A DNA stretch of 64,000 nt, from NCBI RefSeq assembly GCF_001194135.2, contig NC_068982.1:142477064-142541063 (forward strand), read 5' to 3'. Positions 13,034 through 24,087 of the stretch are shown one piece after another (position 1 is the stretch's first letter; each line of letters opens with the position of its first letter). A program made the translations under genes and the position numbers. A model generated the notes under the pieces. The model was not told the origin of the DNA. It saw only the letters and a program-made list of their open reading frames with translations, and made no database searches. This DNA comes from Octopus bimaculoides (lineage: Eukaryota).

Positions 13034-13818
13034 AATACTTTCTCAGGATTTTGATAATAACATTTCATCTTAACATTTCACATTTGACATGAATTTTTCT
13101 CTTTCGAAATCGCATGAGATTAAAATTTAACGGTTTGGTGTACGTAGCAAAGGGGATAAGTGTAAATGTGTAAGTCATGTAGCAACAGAACATTTGAAAC
13201 CAATGAGAAATCACTTTGAAATGTATCATAACAGCCATTAAAGATCAGAAATGCGTTATGACTTTAATGTAGTGAAGTATCTAAGTAAGTATGAGTGAGG
13301 AGTGAAAATCTTTGTCACATCACAGTGCAGTTTTCGGTTCAAAACCATTGCGTGGTACCGTGGATGTGTGTTTTGAAGTAAAAGACTTAGTCAGTTGTCT
13401 TCTTTAACATTAGCTCCTAGCTTACATTGACTTCAGTGAGAACCATTGACTTGTAGGCTCTACTCATCCCCACCCCATCTTCATTCTGATGATCACACCC
13501 AATTTCTTCACTAGTCACGGAAAAACATTAAATACTTTCTCAGGATTTGATAATAACATTTCATCTTAACATTTCACATTTGGCATGAATTTTTCTCTTT
13601 CGAAATTGCACGAGATTAAAATTTAATACATAGCAAAGGGGTTAAGTGTAAACGTGCAAGTCATGTAGCAATAAAATATTTGAAACCAATGAGAAATGGC
13701 TTTGAAATGTATCATAACAACCATTAGAGATCGGAAAGGCATTGTGACTTTAACGTAGTGAAGCATCTAGGTAAGAGTGGATGGGAAGTGGAATACTTTG
13801 CCATATAATTGTGCAGTT
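13034..13818 (+). repeat. Local direct duplication of a ~300-bp unit (13034-13335 and 13531-13818)
   Basis: Both units start aatactttctcaggattt.gataataacatttcatcttaacatttcacattt and stay alignable through gtagtgaag.atcta.gtaag to gtgcagtt, with scattered substitutions. Confidence 0.9.
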
Positions 13819-14172
13819 AAAGGCACCATGGAATTTGTCTTTCCATTTGTAACTAAACCGTTTATATAATCTGTCCGCTCCCAAATTAACTATAAGAAAT
13901 AAACCGAAGCTACGACACTCACTCGGAAAACAGGATCACAGTACTGTGCTTGTTGGCATATCAATAGAACGTTTTTAGGTTCCTTTTGATTTGTTTAATT
14001 ATCCAGCTCCATGGTTGTCGGTGTAAGTTTTCAGGCTGATCTGCAGATGATAATTTTGCAACTCGAGATTTCTAATTGCTGTTGAATGCGGTGATAGTAT
14101 TTTAATTAAGTTTTTTTATTCTCGTGATGCGTGTTTTTTTTCTCCCCCACCCTCTCTCTGTCTGTCTGTCTG

Positions 14173-14253
<81 letters not shown>

Positions 14254-14259
14254 AGAGCC

Positions 14260-14640
14260 TATTTCTACTAGTACTTGTGAGTTTTGTAGGAGCAAGTTTT
14301 CAGCGTGTATTAGTGACCATGTTCTCAAAACGCCGTCACCTGTTTCAGTATCAGATGACGAGCAAAGGATCAGTCGATAAGTTACAGATCGTTTCTTATA
14401 GCTTCTCAGTCTGCATTGAGAGAATTGGTGATGTCGAACAGGGGACTGGTTTGGCTTTAGCATGCCAGAAACTAAGGTTGCAAAGTACTCTGTTGTGGAC
14501 TGAGGGAATAGTTTTTCAACTGAAATGCTATTGAAAGAACTAGAGTGGTTTGTTGTTATCAGGTCCAAGGCAGGTTTGTCTTGACTTCTTGGCTCCAACA
14601 ATGCTTGCATTGTTCTAACGGCTATGTTTTTGTGTTCTGT
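14260..14640 (-). mobile_element. Possible Penelope-like GIY-YIG remnant
   Basis: The minus frame ETGDGVLRTWSLIHAENLL resembles the GIY-YIG segment YIGETG..LR.R...H...I. Degenerate. Confidence 0.3.
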
Positions 14641-14922
14641 TGTTTAGTGGCAGCACTGGAGATAAGTACGGTACATACATTTTGTATTACAAGTCCGTAA
14701 AATGATCGAGGCTGCTCATCAAACATCGACGAATTTCGTAGACCTAAATCTAATAAAAATCCTTTCTACTATAAACATGTTTTAGTCGATTACGGAGGCT
14801 CAACTGGTGCTTATTTCATCGACTATGACAGAATGAAAGGCAACGTCATATTCGGTAGAATTTGAGTAATAGAACGAAAAAACGGACGAAATGCTGGTGA
14901 GTATTTTATCCGGTACATTAAC

Positions 14923-14923
<1 letters not shown>

Positions 14924-14979
<56 letters not shown>
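14924..14979. repeat. (AAT)n microsatellite, target tract of the adjacent retrotransposon
   Basis: Seen directly. It abuts the 5'-truncated end of the element at 14980. Confidence 0.95.
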
Positions 14980-17036
14980 GCTCCTGCTCTGCGAAACTTT
15001 TTATCTGTAAGTATGAGATCATGGAGAACCACACTGACGTTGAACAATGACAATGAATCTCTAAATGCTGGAGATGTAAGAATTTCATGTGGCAATTTCC
15101 AGGGTGACTCACCATCACCACTCCGCTTCTGTCTAGCCTTAATGCCTCTCTAAAAATTACTCAATGATGCACAGCATGGTTATAAAATATTTGATAAAAA
15201 TATAAATCATCTCATTTACCTGGATGATTTAAAGCTTTTTGCAAAGAATGACCGACAACTCAAACGCCTACTAGCGACTGTTAAACAATTCAGTGATGAC
15301 ATCAGGATGAGATTTGGCCTTGATAAATGTGCAAAAGCTACCTTTNNNNNNNNNNNNNNNNNNNNNNNNNNNNNNNNNNNNNNNNNNNNNNNNNNNNNNN
15401 NNNNNNNNNNTATCAAAGGAAAAATGACAAAAACATCTAATGTGAACCTTGACCAGCAAAATGTCATAAAAGAGTTAGAACCAGCAGAGAGCTACAAATA
15501 CCTAGGGGTAATTGAAGGGGACAATATCAAGCATTCAGTGATGAGAGAAAGGATCAGAAGAGAATGTTATCGCAGGGTGAGAGCAATACTGAAGACAGAG
15601 CTAAACGCAAGAAACAGAATCGAAGCGATCAATGCTCTAGCCATACCAGTCGTGACTTACAGTTTCAATATCGTTAACTGGTCAATTACTGAAATATGTA
15701 ATGTTGACAGAAAAATACGAAAACTGTTGACAATGCATAGAATGCACCACTCTAAGGCAGGTATAGAACGTCTTTATCTGCCAAGAAAAGAGGGAGGCCG
15801 TGGACCTCTACAGCTGGCATTAAGAATTAAGGTAGCCACAATTGGCCTAGACACCTATCTGAAAAACTCTGAGGACTGGATGCTAAAACTTGTCTCAAAA
15901 CATGAAAGCAAGAAAGCATCTTACTCAGGGTCAAAACAGGCAAAGGAACATCTAAGTGAATTCCAATTACAACAAATTCAAGAATTAGACGAACTAGAAA
16001 CACCCGCAGAAAAAGCTAAGCGCTTGAAAACACGTGCTAAAATTGCTGCCTTAGATATTATGACCGATAAATGGCATGGAAAACCTCTCAATGGCAAATA
16101 CCCAGAGAGAGCGAATAATGCAGATATTGACAAAGCCCTTACCCATCAATGGCTAATGGCCTCTGGCTTGAAATCAGAAAGAGAGGGGTTATCATAGCAG
16201 CCCAAGATCAATGCCTACCTAGAAAGAACTACCAGGCCAACATATTAAAGAACGGCAGTTCCCCATTTTGTCGTATATGCCAACAACAAAATGAGGCCAT
16301 CGGTCATGTTGTCTCCATGTGCAGTCTGCTTGCGCCTACAGAGTATCTCAACAGGCATGATAGAGCTGCACAATATATTCACTGAGCAATTTGCAAAAAC
16401 CTGGACTTGCCCAATAATAAAAACTGGTGGGAACACAAACCACCCCCAGTACTTGAAAATGATCACATCGCACTCCTCTGGAACTTCATCATTCAAACTG
16501 ACAGAAAGATAGACGCAAATAGGCCAGACATCATACTGAAAGACTTCAGACAAAAATCATGCCTCCTCATTGATATGACTGTCCCAATCGATATAAACGT
16601 ATCTGTCAAGACCTACCAAAAACTGAGCAAATATAAAGATCTTGAAATAGAAATTAGCAAATTGTGGAATCGGAAGACGAAAACAATACCTATTGTCATA
16701 GGTGCCCTGGGAATGACAGCGAAACGGGCTGATTACTACCTAGCTCAGATAACCAGGAAACCCCAAAATGGCTGTAGTTCAAAAGATAGTGCTCATGGGA
16801 ACTGCCCATATCCTACGTAAAATACTGTCTATGTGATCTCAAATTTTAAAACAAACACATAATCTTCTTATGGTTTCTTAAACATTCACTAGAACAACAC
16901 TTCACAAATCCAAATATACGGTGCCCTAGGCATAACACCTACATGAACTAACTTGTTGTCTCTTGAGGTCTCTGTGTGAGACTTGGATCCAACATGTACA
17001 AATGCAAAGCAAAAGTCAAACATAAAATAATAATAA
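14980..17036 (+). mobile_element. R4/Dong-like non-LTR retrotransposon (RT + CCHC + restriction-like endonuclease), 5'-truncated, inactive
   Basis: RT motifs GNFQGDSPSPLRFCLAL, HLIYLDDLKLFAK, FGLDKCA, SYKYLG and RLYLPRKEGGRG. CCHC knuckle CRICQQQNEAIGHVVSMC, RHD motif, RLE RPDIIL...IDMTVP...KLSKYKDLEIEI, and C-terminal LMGTAHILRKILSM* (stop 16834-16836). Frameshifts at ~16190 and ~16760 and a TGA at 16383-16385. The 3' UTR ends in aaataataataa. Confidence 0.95.
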
Positions 17037-17441
17037 ATGCCCTGATGTAGTACCAGGCAGTGGCTCTCATGGTTTCTGATCTTAATTGATTGGAAGTGTT
17101 ATCATGTACATTGTTTTGTCTTGGTGTAAAAAGATGGGCTACAACAAATATTCTTCTCAATACCACAGATTTGCTTGTCATTTGTTTGACCTTAACCAGT
17201 TGAGCATGTCCCTTGGTGGCTGACGATATGTGTATCTCTGATCATGAGAAGAATTAGTGGGGGAACATCATAGCCATGTGCTGAGACGAATTCTTTGATG
17301 TTTGAATAATTCACCTTTGGAAACATAGGTGCTTTGCTCAACATCCTTAAACAAACCTTATTTAGGGACCTTTTGAGCAGAATGGGCTACTCGAGCTGAA
17401 GAAAATTCTAACTGGGTTCCACCTGCAAGGTCATGCGCTGT
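17037..17441 (+). mobile_element. Non-coding (AAT)-associated interspersed repeat, copy 1 (right end replaced by an RLE fragment)
   Basis: Aligns along its length to 20382-20765 (ctctcatgg.ttctgatcttaattgattggaagtgttatcatgtacatt...ccacctgc.aggtcatgcg.tgt). No ORF of note. Confidence 0.85.
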
Positions 17442-17570
17442 AGTTATAGGTGCATTGGGAACTATCCCTAAATATTAGAGCAGAGGGAGAGAGAAAAGTG
17501 TTATTAGGGACAGCTACCGTACTTAAGAGGGTTCTGATGTTAGGAATTTTTCGTTTCTATGTATAATCTC
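17442..17570 (+). mobile_element. R4-like RLE C-terminal fragment
   Basis: VIGALGTIPK...VLLGTATVLKRVLM matches the VIGALG...LGTAHILRK C-terminus seen at ~16700-16830. AAT-rich repeats follow. Confidence 0.7.
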
Positions 17571-17656
17571 TTGCGTGTATATGAATGATAATGTTATTAA
17601 TAATAACAATAATAATAATGATATCAACGACAATAACAGCAACAATAATAATAACA

Positions 17657-17752
17657 AAAAACATCAGAACTTACAAATATATGTAACATACAGAAAATTG
17701 CACTACTGGGCACTGCACACATCCTACGCAAAACACTTTCAAAATAAAACTA

Positions 17753-17757
<5 letters not shown>
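17657..17757 (+). mobile_element. Very short R4-like 3' end with (AAT)n tail
   Basis: LTNICNIQKIALLGTAHILRKTLSK* then aaactactgaataataat. Nearly identical to the minus-strand copy at 63568-64000, but lacks most of its 3' UTR. Confidence 0.85.

Positions 17758-17840
<83 letters not shown>
17757..17840. repeat. (AAT)n microsatellite
   Basis: Seen directly. Confidence 0.95.
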
Positions 17841-17842
<2 letters not shown>

Positions 17843-19335
17843 GACAACAAAACATCAAGAAAATATGCCGACACATAATATTCAGTTATTGAACCTACGC
17901 CCATTAGAGTGTAATCCCTTCAAGTTAAATTATTGTTAGTTGGCAGTATTGAATATCAACTAAGTGCAATAGTGGATTCATCGATATCTATTTCTCGGCT
18001 GATTTCGTCACCGGAGGAACAGCACTGTCCATCATAAAGAACTGTTAGAATGGTGGAGAAAAATACATTCAGGTCAGATATCTGCCTGGAATAACTCGAA
18101 TAATTGCAGTATTCATATATACATATAACATACACACATCCACTCATGTATATATGCATTTATATCTTTATATGAACACATACACTCATACATACATGTG
18201 TGTGATTGTGTGAGTGTGCGTTTTTGTGTACTTTTGTGTGTGTGCATGTGTGTTTGCGTGTGTGATGAATGCTGGAGTTCGTATGTGTGTACAAGAGACG
18301 CTTCTACACGCTACCCGGTCTCCAATTATCTTTTACAACAGTTTAATCAACGGGGAACTTCAGAAAAAGTTACTCGATAAAAGTGACGTGTAGTTCGATC
18401 ACCCAACGAAGCCCGTTTACACGAATCGAACGCCTCCACTGCGTAGGATGTATGTCTTCCGGATGTATATATATGAATATCTGAAGTATGCAATAATGGC
18501 TGCTTGTACGAGGTTGGTTTGCTCGCTAGAAATGCTAGCAAAATTCTTCCAGTACCACCAGTGTCTTGAAAATGAGAGGAAAATATTTTATAGCGTATGA
18601 ATATCTGATATACAAAAAAGACGGGCTAAGATGCTTTGATCACATGTCCCTTCAATCGGGAGTTGATGTAGTGCTAAACAATAGCAGCAGTAAAAAGAAT
18701 ACAAATGCAAAACTGCCTTATTTGATGTACATCACTAACTTACGTCAATAGATTCCAGATAAGTACCGAATTGTAATTTTTGGTTGGAATCCAAAAATTT
18801 TTCTTCCGATAAGTTCTCATTTAAATTTGTGGAGAACATCTACTTGTTAACACTTTTATCTCTGTATATACATAACTAAAGAGCTGCTCTTGTCTTTGAG
18901 AAATTCTTACAGTCTTTGAATTTTAGTGCCAACTTATCAGCGTAGCGTTATCTAAAATCTTCTTATGAACAATTGTGCAGACGCGACAAGAACATTTGAA
19001 GGAACAAAGTTGATTTTTCCTTTCTGAAGACCAAGTATCGATGTTCGGATTAATATTTATCGAAAAGACGTAGCCTTAGTAGCACAGAAACAAATTGAAA
19101 TGTGAAGAGGGCGCTGCAACAGCAGAGAGGAGAGATAGGGGGAGTCGGGAGAGGGACAGATAGAGAGAGAGATAGAGAGAGAGATAGAAAAAGAATGCAG
19201 AGACACAAATGTATTTCCACAAACACATGTACACACATGCATGTATCTACGCATACATATATCTTCAAATGCACTCGTGTGTGTGTGTATGAATGTGTGC
19301 ATGCGTGTGTGTGGTGTGCATGTGTGTATGTATGC

Positions 19336-19375
<40 letters not shown>

Positions 19376-19460
19376 NNNNNNNNNNTATATATATGTTTTG
19401 CAAGATTTTTGATGTGAAATCGTGTGTTGAAACAGTTGTTGACCATCCCCAAGTACAACA

Positions 19461-19492
<32 letters not shown>

Positions 19493-19577
19493 ATGTGTGT
19501 GTGTATGTGTGTGTGTGTGTATAATGTATGCATGTATATGCATATATTCTAGAGCTCAATGACAATAATTATCGTGG

Positions 19578-19925
19578 CACTCCGTCGGTTACGACGACGA
19601 GGGTTCCAGCTGATTCGATCAAACGAACCGCCAGCTAGTGAAATTAACGTGTAAGTGGCTGAAGACACCACAGATAGTGTACACTTAACGTAGTTCTCGG
19701 GGAGATTCAGCATGACACAGTATTTGACATGGTTGGCCCTTTGAAAATACACGTACAACAGAAACAGGAAGAAAGAGTGAGAGAAGGTTGTGCAAAAGAG
19801 TACACTACCCCCTGCCGAAGCCTGGTGGTGTTTTCGCTCAATAAACACTCACAACATCAGGTCTAGGAAATCGAAACCGCGAGTGAGTTCGCTGCTCTAA
19901 CCACTGGGCCATTACGCTTTCACAC
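19578..19925 (-). mobile_element. tRNA-derived SINE, family C
   Basis: The minus-strand head gcgtaatggcccagtggttagagcagcg...ggtttcgatt carries Pol III A and B boxes. The body is shared with 2960-3185. Confidence 0.85.
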
Positions 19926-19967
19926 AATAATTATAATAATAAATAGTAATAATAATCATGATGATAA

Positions 19968-20290
19968 GGCAAAAATCCTCTGAGACTTTGATTTCCAGAC
20001 AAACAAGTTGTTAGATCACTGCAGGCCAGATATCGTAACTTTTAGGAGGGACAAATAAGAGTGTCTAATAATCGACCCAGCAGTGCCAGGACATCAACAT
20101 ATAATGAAAGAAAATGAAAAGATCTATAAATATGGATAGCTGAGAATTGACATCGCCAAGATATGGCAGCTGCGAGATTCAAATATGAAGGTTGTCTCTA
20201 TTGTCATCAGAGCATTGGGTTCATGCTATCCAACCGGAAAAAAAAAACATCTGGAAGCTTGAGAAAGACCCTAGAATCTAGGTATATTAC
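19968..20290 (+). mobile_element. R4-like RLE domain fragment (divergent subfamily) between AAT tracts
   Basis: KIL(W>*)DFDFQT...HCRPDIV...CLIID.AVPG...ENEKIYKY..LRIDIAKIW...KVVSIVI.ALG, followed by (AAT)n and (GAT)n at ~20291-20381. Confidence 0.85.
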
Positions 20291-20334
<44 letters not shown>

Positions 20335-20337
20335 GTA

Positions 20338-20381
<44 letters not shown>

Positions 20382-20382
<1 letters not shown>

Positions 20383-20918
20383 CAGCAGCTCTCATGGCTT
20401 CTGATCTTAATTGATTGGAAGTGTTATCATGTACATTCTTTTTTGTTTGTATAAAAAGATGGGCTACAGCAAATACTCTGCTTAATATCACAGATTTGCT
20501 TGTCAATTGTTTGACCTTAACCAGTTGAGCATGTCCCTTGGTGGTTGACGATATGTGCACCTCTGATCATGAGCAGAAGTAGTGGGGGAGCATCATGGCC
20601 ATGTGTTGAGAGGAATTCTTTAGGGTTTGAATAATTCACCTTTGAAAACATGGGTGTTTTGCTCAACATCCTTAAACAAACCTTATTCAGGAACCTTTTG
20701 AGCGGGATGGGCTACTCGACCTGAAGAAAATACTAACTGGGCCCCACCTGCGAGGTCATGCGTTGTTTATCTTGATATGAGATCACCATGTCGCCCACAT
20801 ATGGTTGTGATGCATGTGCCTGGTGTACCCTTATCAGACGGGTAGTCATGATGGGTATAATGGGCTTCGTATATTTTACCCCAGTGTCACTGTGATGGCA
20901 TGCACTGCTCTCTCATTC
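20382..20918 (+). mobile_element. Non-coding (AAT)-associated interspersed repeat, copy 2
   Basis: Homologous to 17037-17441 and continues to cactgctctctcattc, directly followed by (AAT)n at 20919-20978. Confidence 0.85.
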
Positions 20919-20978
<60 letters not shown>

Positions 20979-21589
20979 TCGTAGGGCTAAATTTATAAAC
21001 ATTTGATACCACGCTATGCGCGTTTCCACAAATCGCATGACTTTTAAGATCAGAGTCTTTATTCGCTACATTGTAGTCCATAGTATCGGTAGGCATCCCG
21101 TTGGTCATCATCAGCATTGATTCATTTCTTCAGGCGATATAACATTAGTGGATGAACCACAGAGCTATGGTCTTCTCCTCTTACCAGTATGAATGTCAAG
21201 CGAGCTACATGAGCATTTCTGTGTGTATTTGGCGGGGAGGATTAGAAGGATGATTGGAAACGAGGAAGGAATGGTTGTGGTTTGGGGGTGGAACTGCGTG
21301 TGGTGGTGTTGGATATATTTTGCTGCTCATTCAGCAGGTGTTGAGGATGAGTAGTACATGCGTTTGTTTAATTTCATTTAAAGCATGACTATCTTCAATA
21401 AATTCTGATCTTAACATGCGGTCAAATGCTGCTGCTATGCAGAGGGGTTTGTTGACTATATTGATAAATGCTACTTTCTTATCGTGACCCCTTGCTTGTG
21501 ATTCCTGATATAGTGTATAGCATCTCAAATAGGTTCCTTCGCTTTTCTATAATGTGTTATTTTGTTTCAAAATATTTTTTCCAGACTCC

Positions 21590-21978
21590 TTGAATGACGT
21601 TTCGTTCTTATGTTTACATGATACGATCATCACAGAGTGTCTATTTGTCACGTTTTCCCTTGATATGATTATTTTCAGGGATTCTCCTAGGCATAAGTCG
21701 CATACTTGTGATGTTCTGTTATATGGTGCACTATTTTTTTTTTATAATAGACCATTTGGTCGTAGGTTTCATTCCATGCTGTTTTAATCTCCGGATGAGG
21801 TTCGATAGAAATGTGGGTTGTCTTTCATTTATATTTGAAAATGATGAGAAATGGTTTCTCAGTGAATTTTTGATGCAACCACGAAAAAGTGCTCCACCAG
21901 TCGGTATTATTAAAAAAAGTTGCTGGCATAATGGAATAGGGGCTTCATTTGCATATTCAAAACGTTACCATAAACAAA
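21590..21978 (-). mobile_element. Penelope-like element, GIY-YIG endonuclease C-terminal fragment
   Basis: Minus strand gives RNHFSSFSNINERQPTFLSNLIRRLKQHGMKPTTKWSIIKK..APYNRTSQVCDLCLGESLKIIISRENVTNRHSVMIVSCKHKN. This matches the NH..SF.......LS..I..LK.......WSII...PY.....C.LCL.E........N.R.E....C.H.N pattern of PLE endonucleases. Confidence 0.8.
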
Positions 21979-22479
21979 TNNNNNNNNNNNNNNNNNNNNN
22001 NNNNNNNNNNNNNNNNNNNNNNNNNNNNNNNNNNNNNNNNNNNNNNNNNNNNNNNNNNNNNNNNNNNNNNNNNNNNNNNNNNNNNNNNNNNNNNNNNNNN
22101 NNNNNNNNNNNNNNNNNNNNNNNNNNNNNNNNNNNNNNNNNNNNNNNNNNNNNNNNNNNNNNNNNNNNNNNNNNNNNNNNNNNNNNNNNNNNNNNNNNNN
22201 NNNNNNNNNNNNNNNNNNNNNNNNNNNNNNNNNNNNNNNNNNNNNNNNNNNNNNNNNNNNNNNNNNNNNNNNNNNNNNNNNNNNNNNNNNNNNNNNNNNN
22301 NNNNNNNNNNNNNNNNNNNNNNNNNNNNNNNNNNNNNNNNNNNNNNNNNNNNNNNNNNNNNNNNNNNNNNNNNNNNNNNNNNNNNNNNNNNNNNNNNNNN
22401 NNNNNNNNNNNNNNNNNNNNNNNNNNNNNNNNNNNNNNNNNNNNNNNNNNNNNNNNNNNNNNNNNNNNNNNNNNNNNNN

Positions 22480-22865
22480 AGCGGTATTTCGTCTGTCTTT
22501 ACGTACTAAGTTCAAATTCCGCCGAGGTCGACTTTGCCTTTTATCCTTTCGAGGTCGATAAATTAGGTACCAGTTTGGAACGGGAGTCGATGTAATCGAC
22601 TTAATCCCTTTGTCGGTCCTTGTTTGTCCCCTCTATGATTAGCCCCTTGTGAGCAATAAAGAATAAGAAACGTAAGCACGGCGGGCGTAACGCTTAGCGG
22701 TATTTCGTCTGTCTTTCCGATCTGAGTTCAAATTCCACCGAGGTCGACTTTGCCTTTCATCCTTTCCGGGTAGATAAATTAAATACCAGCTGCATACTTG
22801 GGTCTATCTAATCGACTCGCCCCCTCGCCAAAAATGTCTGATCTTACGCCTTGGGCAGAAAAGAA
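22480..22865 (+). mobile_element. Two tandem SINE units, family B
   Basis: agcggtatttcgtctgtcttt...gagttcaaattcc.ccgaggtcgactttgccttt.atcctttc occurs at 22480 and 22696. It has a B-box-like gttcaaattcc. Confidence 0.85.
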
Positions 22866-24040
22866 TATTTACTGTGTAGTATATTCTATTTGGTATTCCC
22901 TGGGCACTTAACTGGTGCATGTTCTTTCGATATTTGGTATCTGAATAGAAACGCTTGCTGTGTCCTAATTACATCTTTTTTCGTATAACAGTGAAGACAC
23001 ATGAAAAGTCGCTAGGATGTTCACCTCACGATCATATAGTTTTGATATCGAGTTACGACCTTGAGCAAAGTACTCCACTTCATGTTCCTCTATCATTCTC
23101 AGCTCTTTCTCTCTGTCTCTCACTCACCCCTCATCAGAAATTAGATGTCCTACCAGGTCACTTTGGTGGCGGTCTAAAGAATGTTAATATCTACTCTCGA
23201 TAACATTGGCACGTAAAACAATAAACATAATATATGGAACATAATACTAAGCCATACTTGCTTAATAATTTCGGCTGACTATATTGTGTATACATATACA
23301 CTATCAAAAGTTAATATTAAATTAGATAATGAATCTAAATCATAAATAAATTCATAAAGTAAGTACAGATATTTAGTATGTTATTTTCCATTCTTAATAA
23401 CACACTGTCTTCCTTGGAATAGATATTACCAAACAAAGAAAAAGTGGCACGGCAAAGAAAGGAAGTTAATAGAAAACATGTATCCATCTAAGTAGCTTGC
23501 ATTATAAACTTTGCAGACAGTAATAATAAAAACATATGGCTTGATAAACAAAGATATTTTCTACATTTTTTTTTTCCAAATGAATTCTGAATATTCTCAG
23601 AAAAAAGCTATAAGGATAAGAAAATTTAAGCAGAAATTTAAGAGAAACCACAGTAATATTTCATTTCTAAATGTATTACTACAAAGCGAGTGTATTCTAA
23701 TTTGTCTTTAGAATAAAGAAGCCCCCAAAACCCAAAAAACTAATGTCAGTTGCCTGACATCTATTGTTGTTAAAGAAATAAACTGATTCATTTCTTAGCC
23801 GAAAAAAAAAAAAAATCTGGTGATGAAGATGCTTTCTTATTACACACATGCTATATGATTATGCCTAGATGTTTATTAAAAGAGGTAGAACACCAGATCA
23901 TGAAGTCAAATATAATATATTTCCTGACGCAAGCGGGAAATTAGCAAAGAATTTTTTTTTTAAATAAAAAAAAACATGATTATTCATTATTGAACGTTTA
24001 CATATAATGACTTTATGGTTGCTTCTGTTACATCTTACTA

Positions 24041-24045
24041 TTCCT

Positions 24046-24086
<41 letters not shown>
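24041..24086. repeat. (CTA)n microsatellite
   Basis: Seen directly. Confidence 0.9.

Positions 24087-24087
<1 letters not shown>

Noticed and set aside
15346-15410. 65-N gap inside the RT ORF suggesting extra coding sequence
   Set aside because: The flanks read KCAKATF and IKGK, which join naturally in this family, so the true gap is probably near zero.
19860-19925. tRNA-like sequences (here and at ~37620, 37850, 56215, 59000)
   Set aside because: They are SINE heads with A/B boxes attached to SINE bodies and lack a full cloverleaf, so they are not tRNA genes.
21012-21056. Minus-strand ctgatct...gaaacgcgca near the Penelope fragment
   Set aside because: Both core boxes are mutated and there is no convincing stem II. 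It may be a decayed pseudo-LTR hammerhead, but that cannot be supported here.
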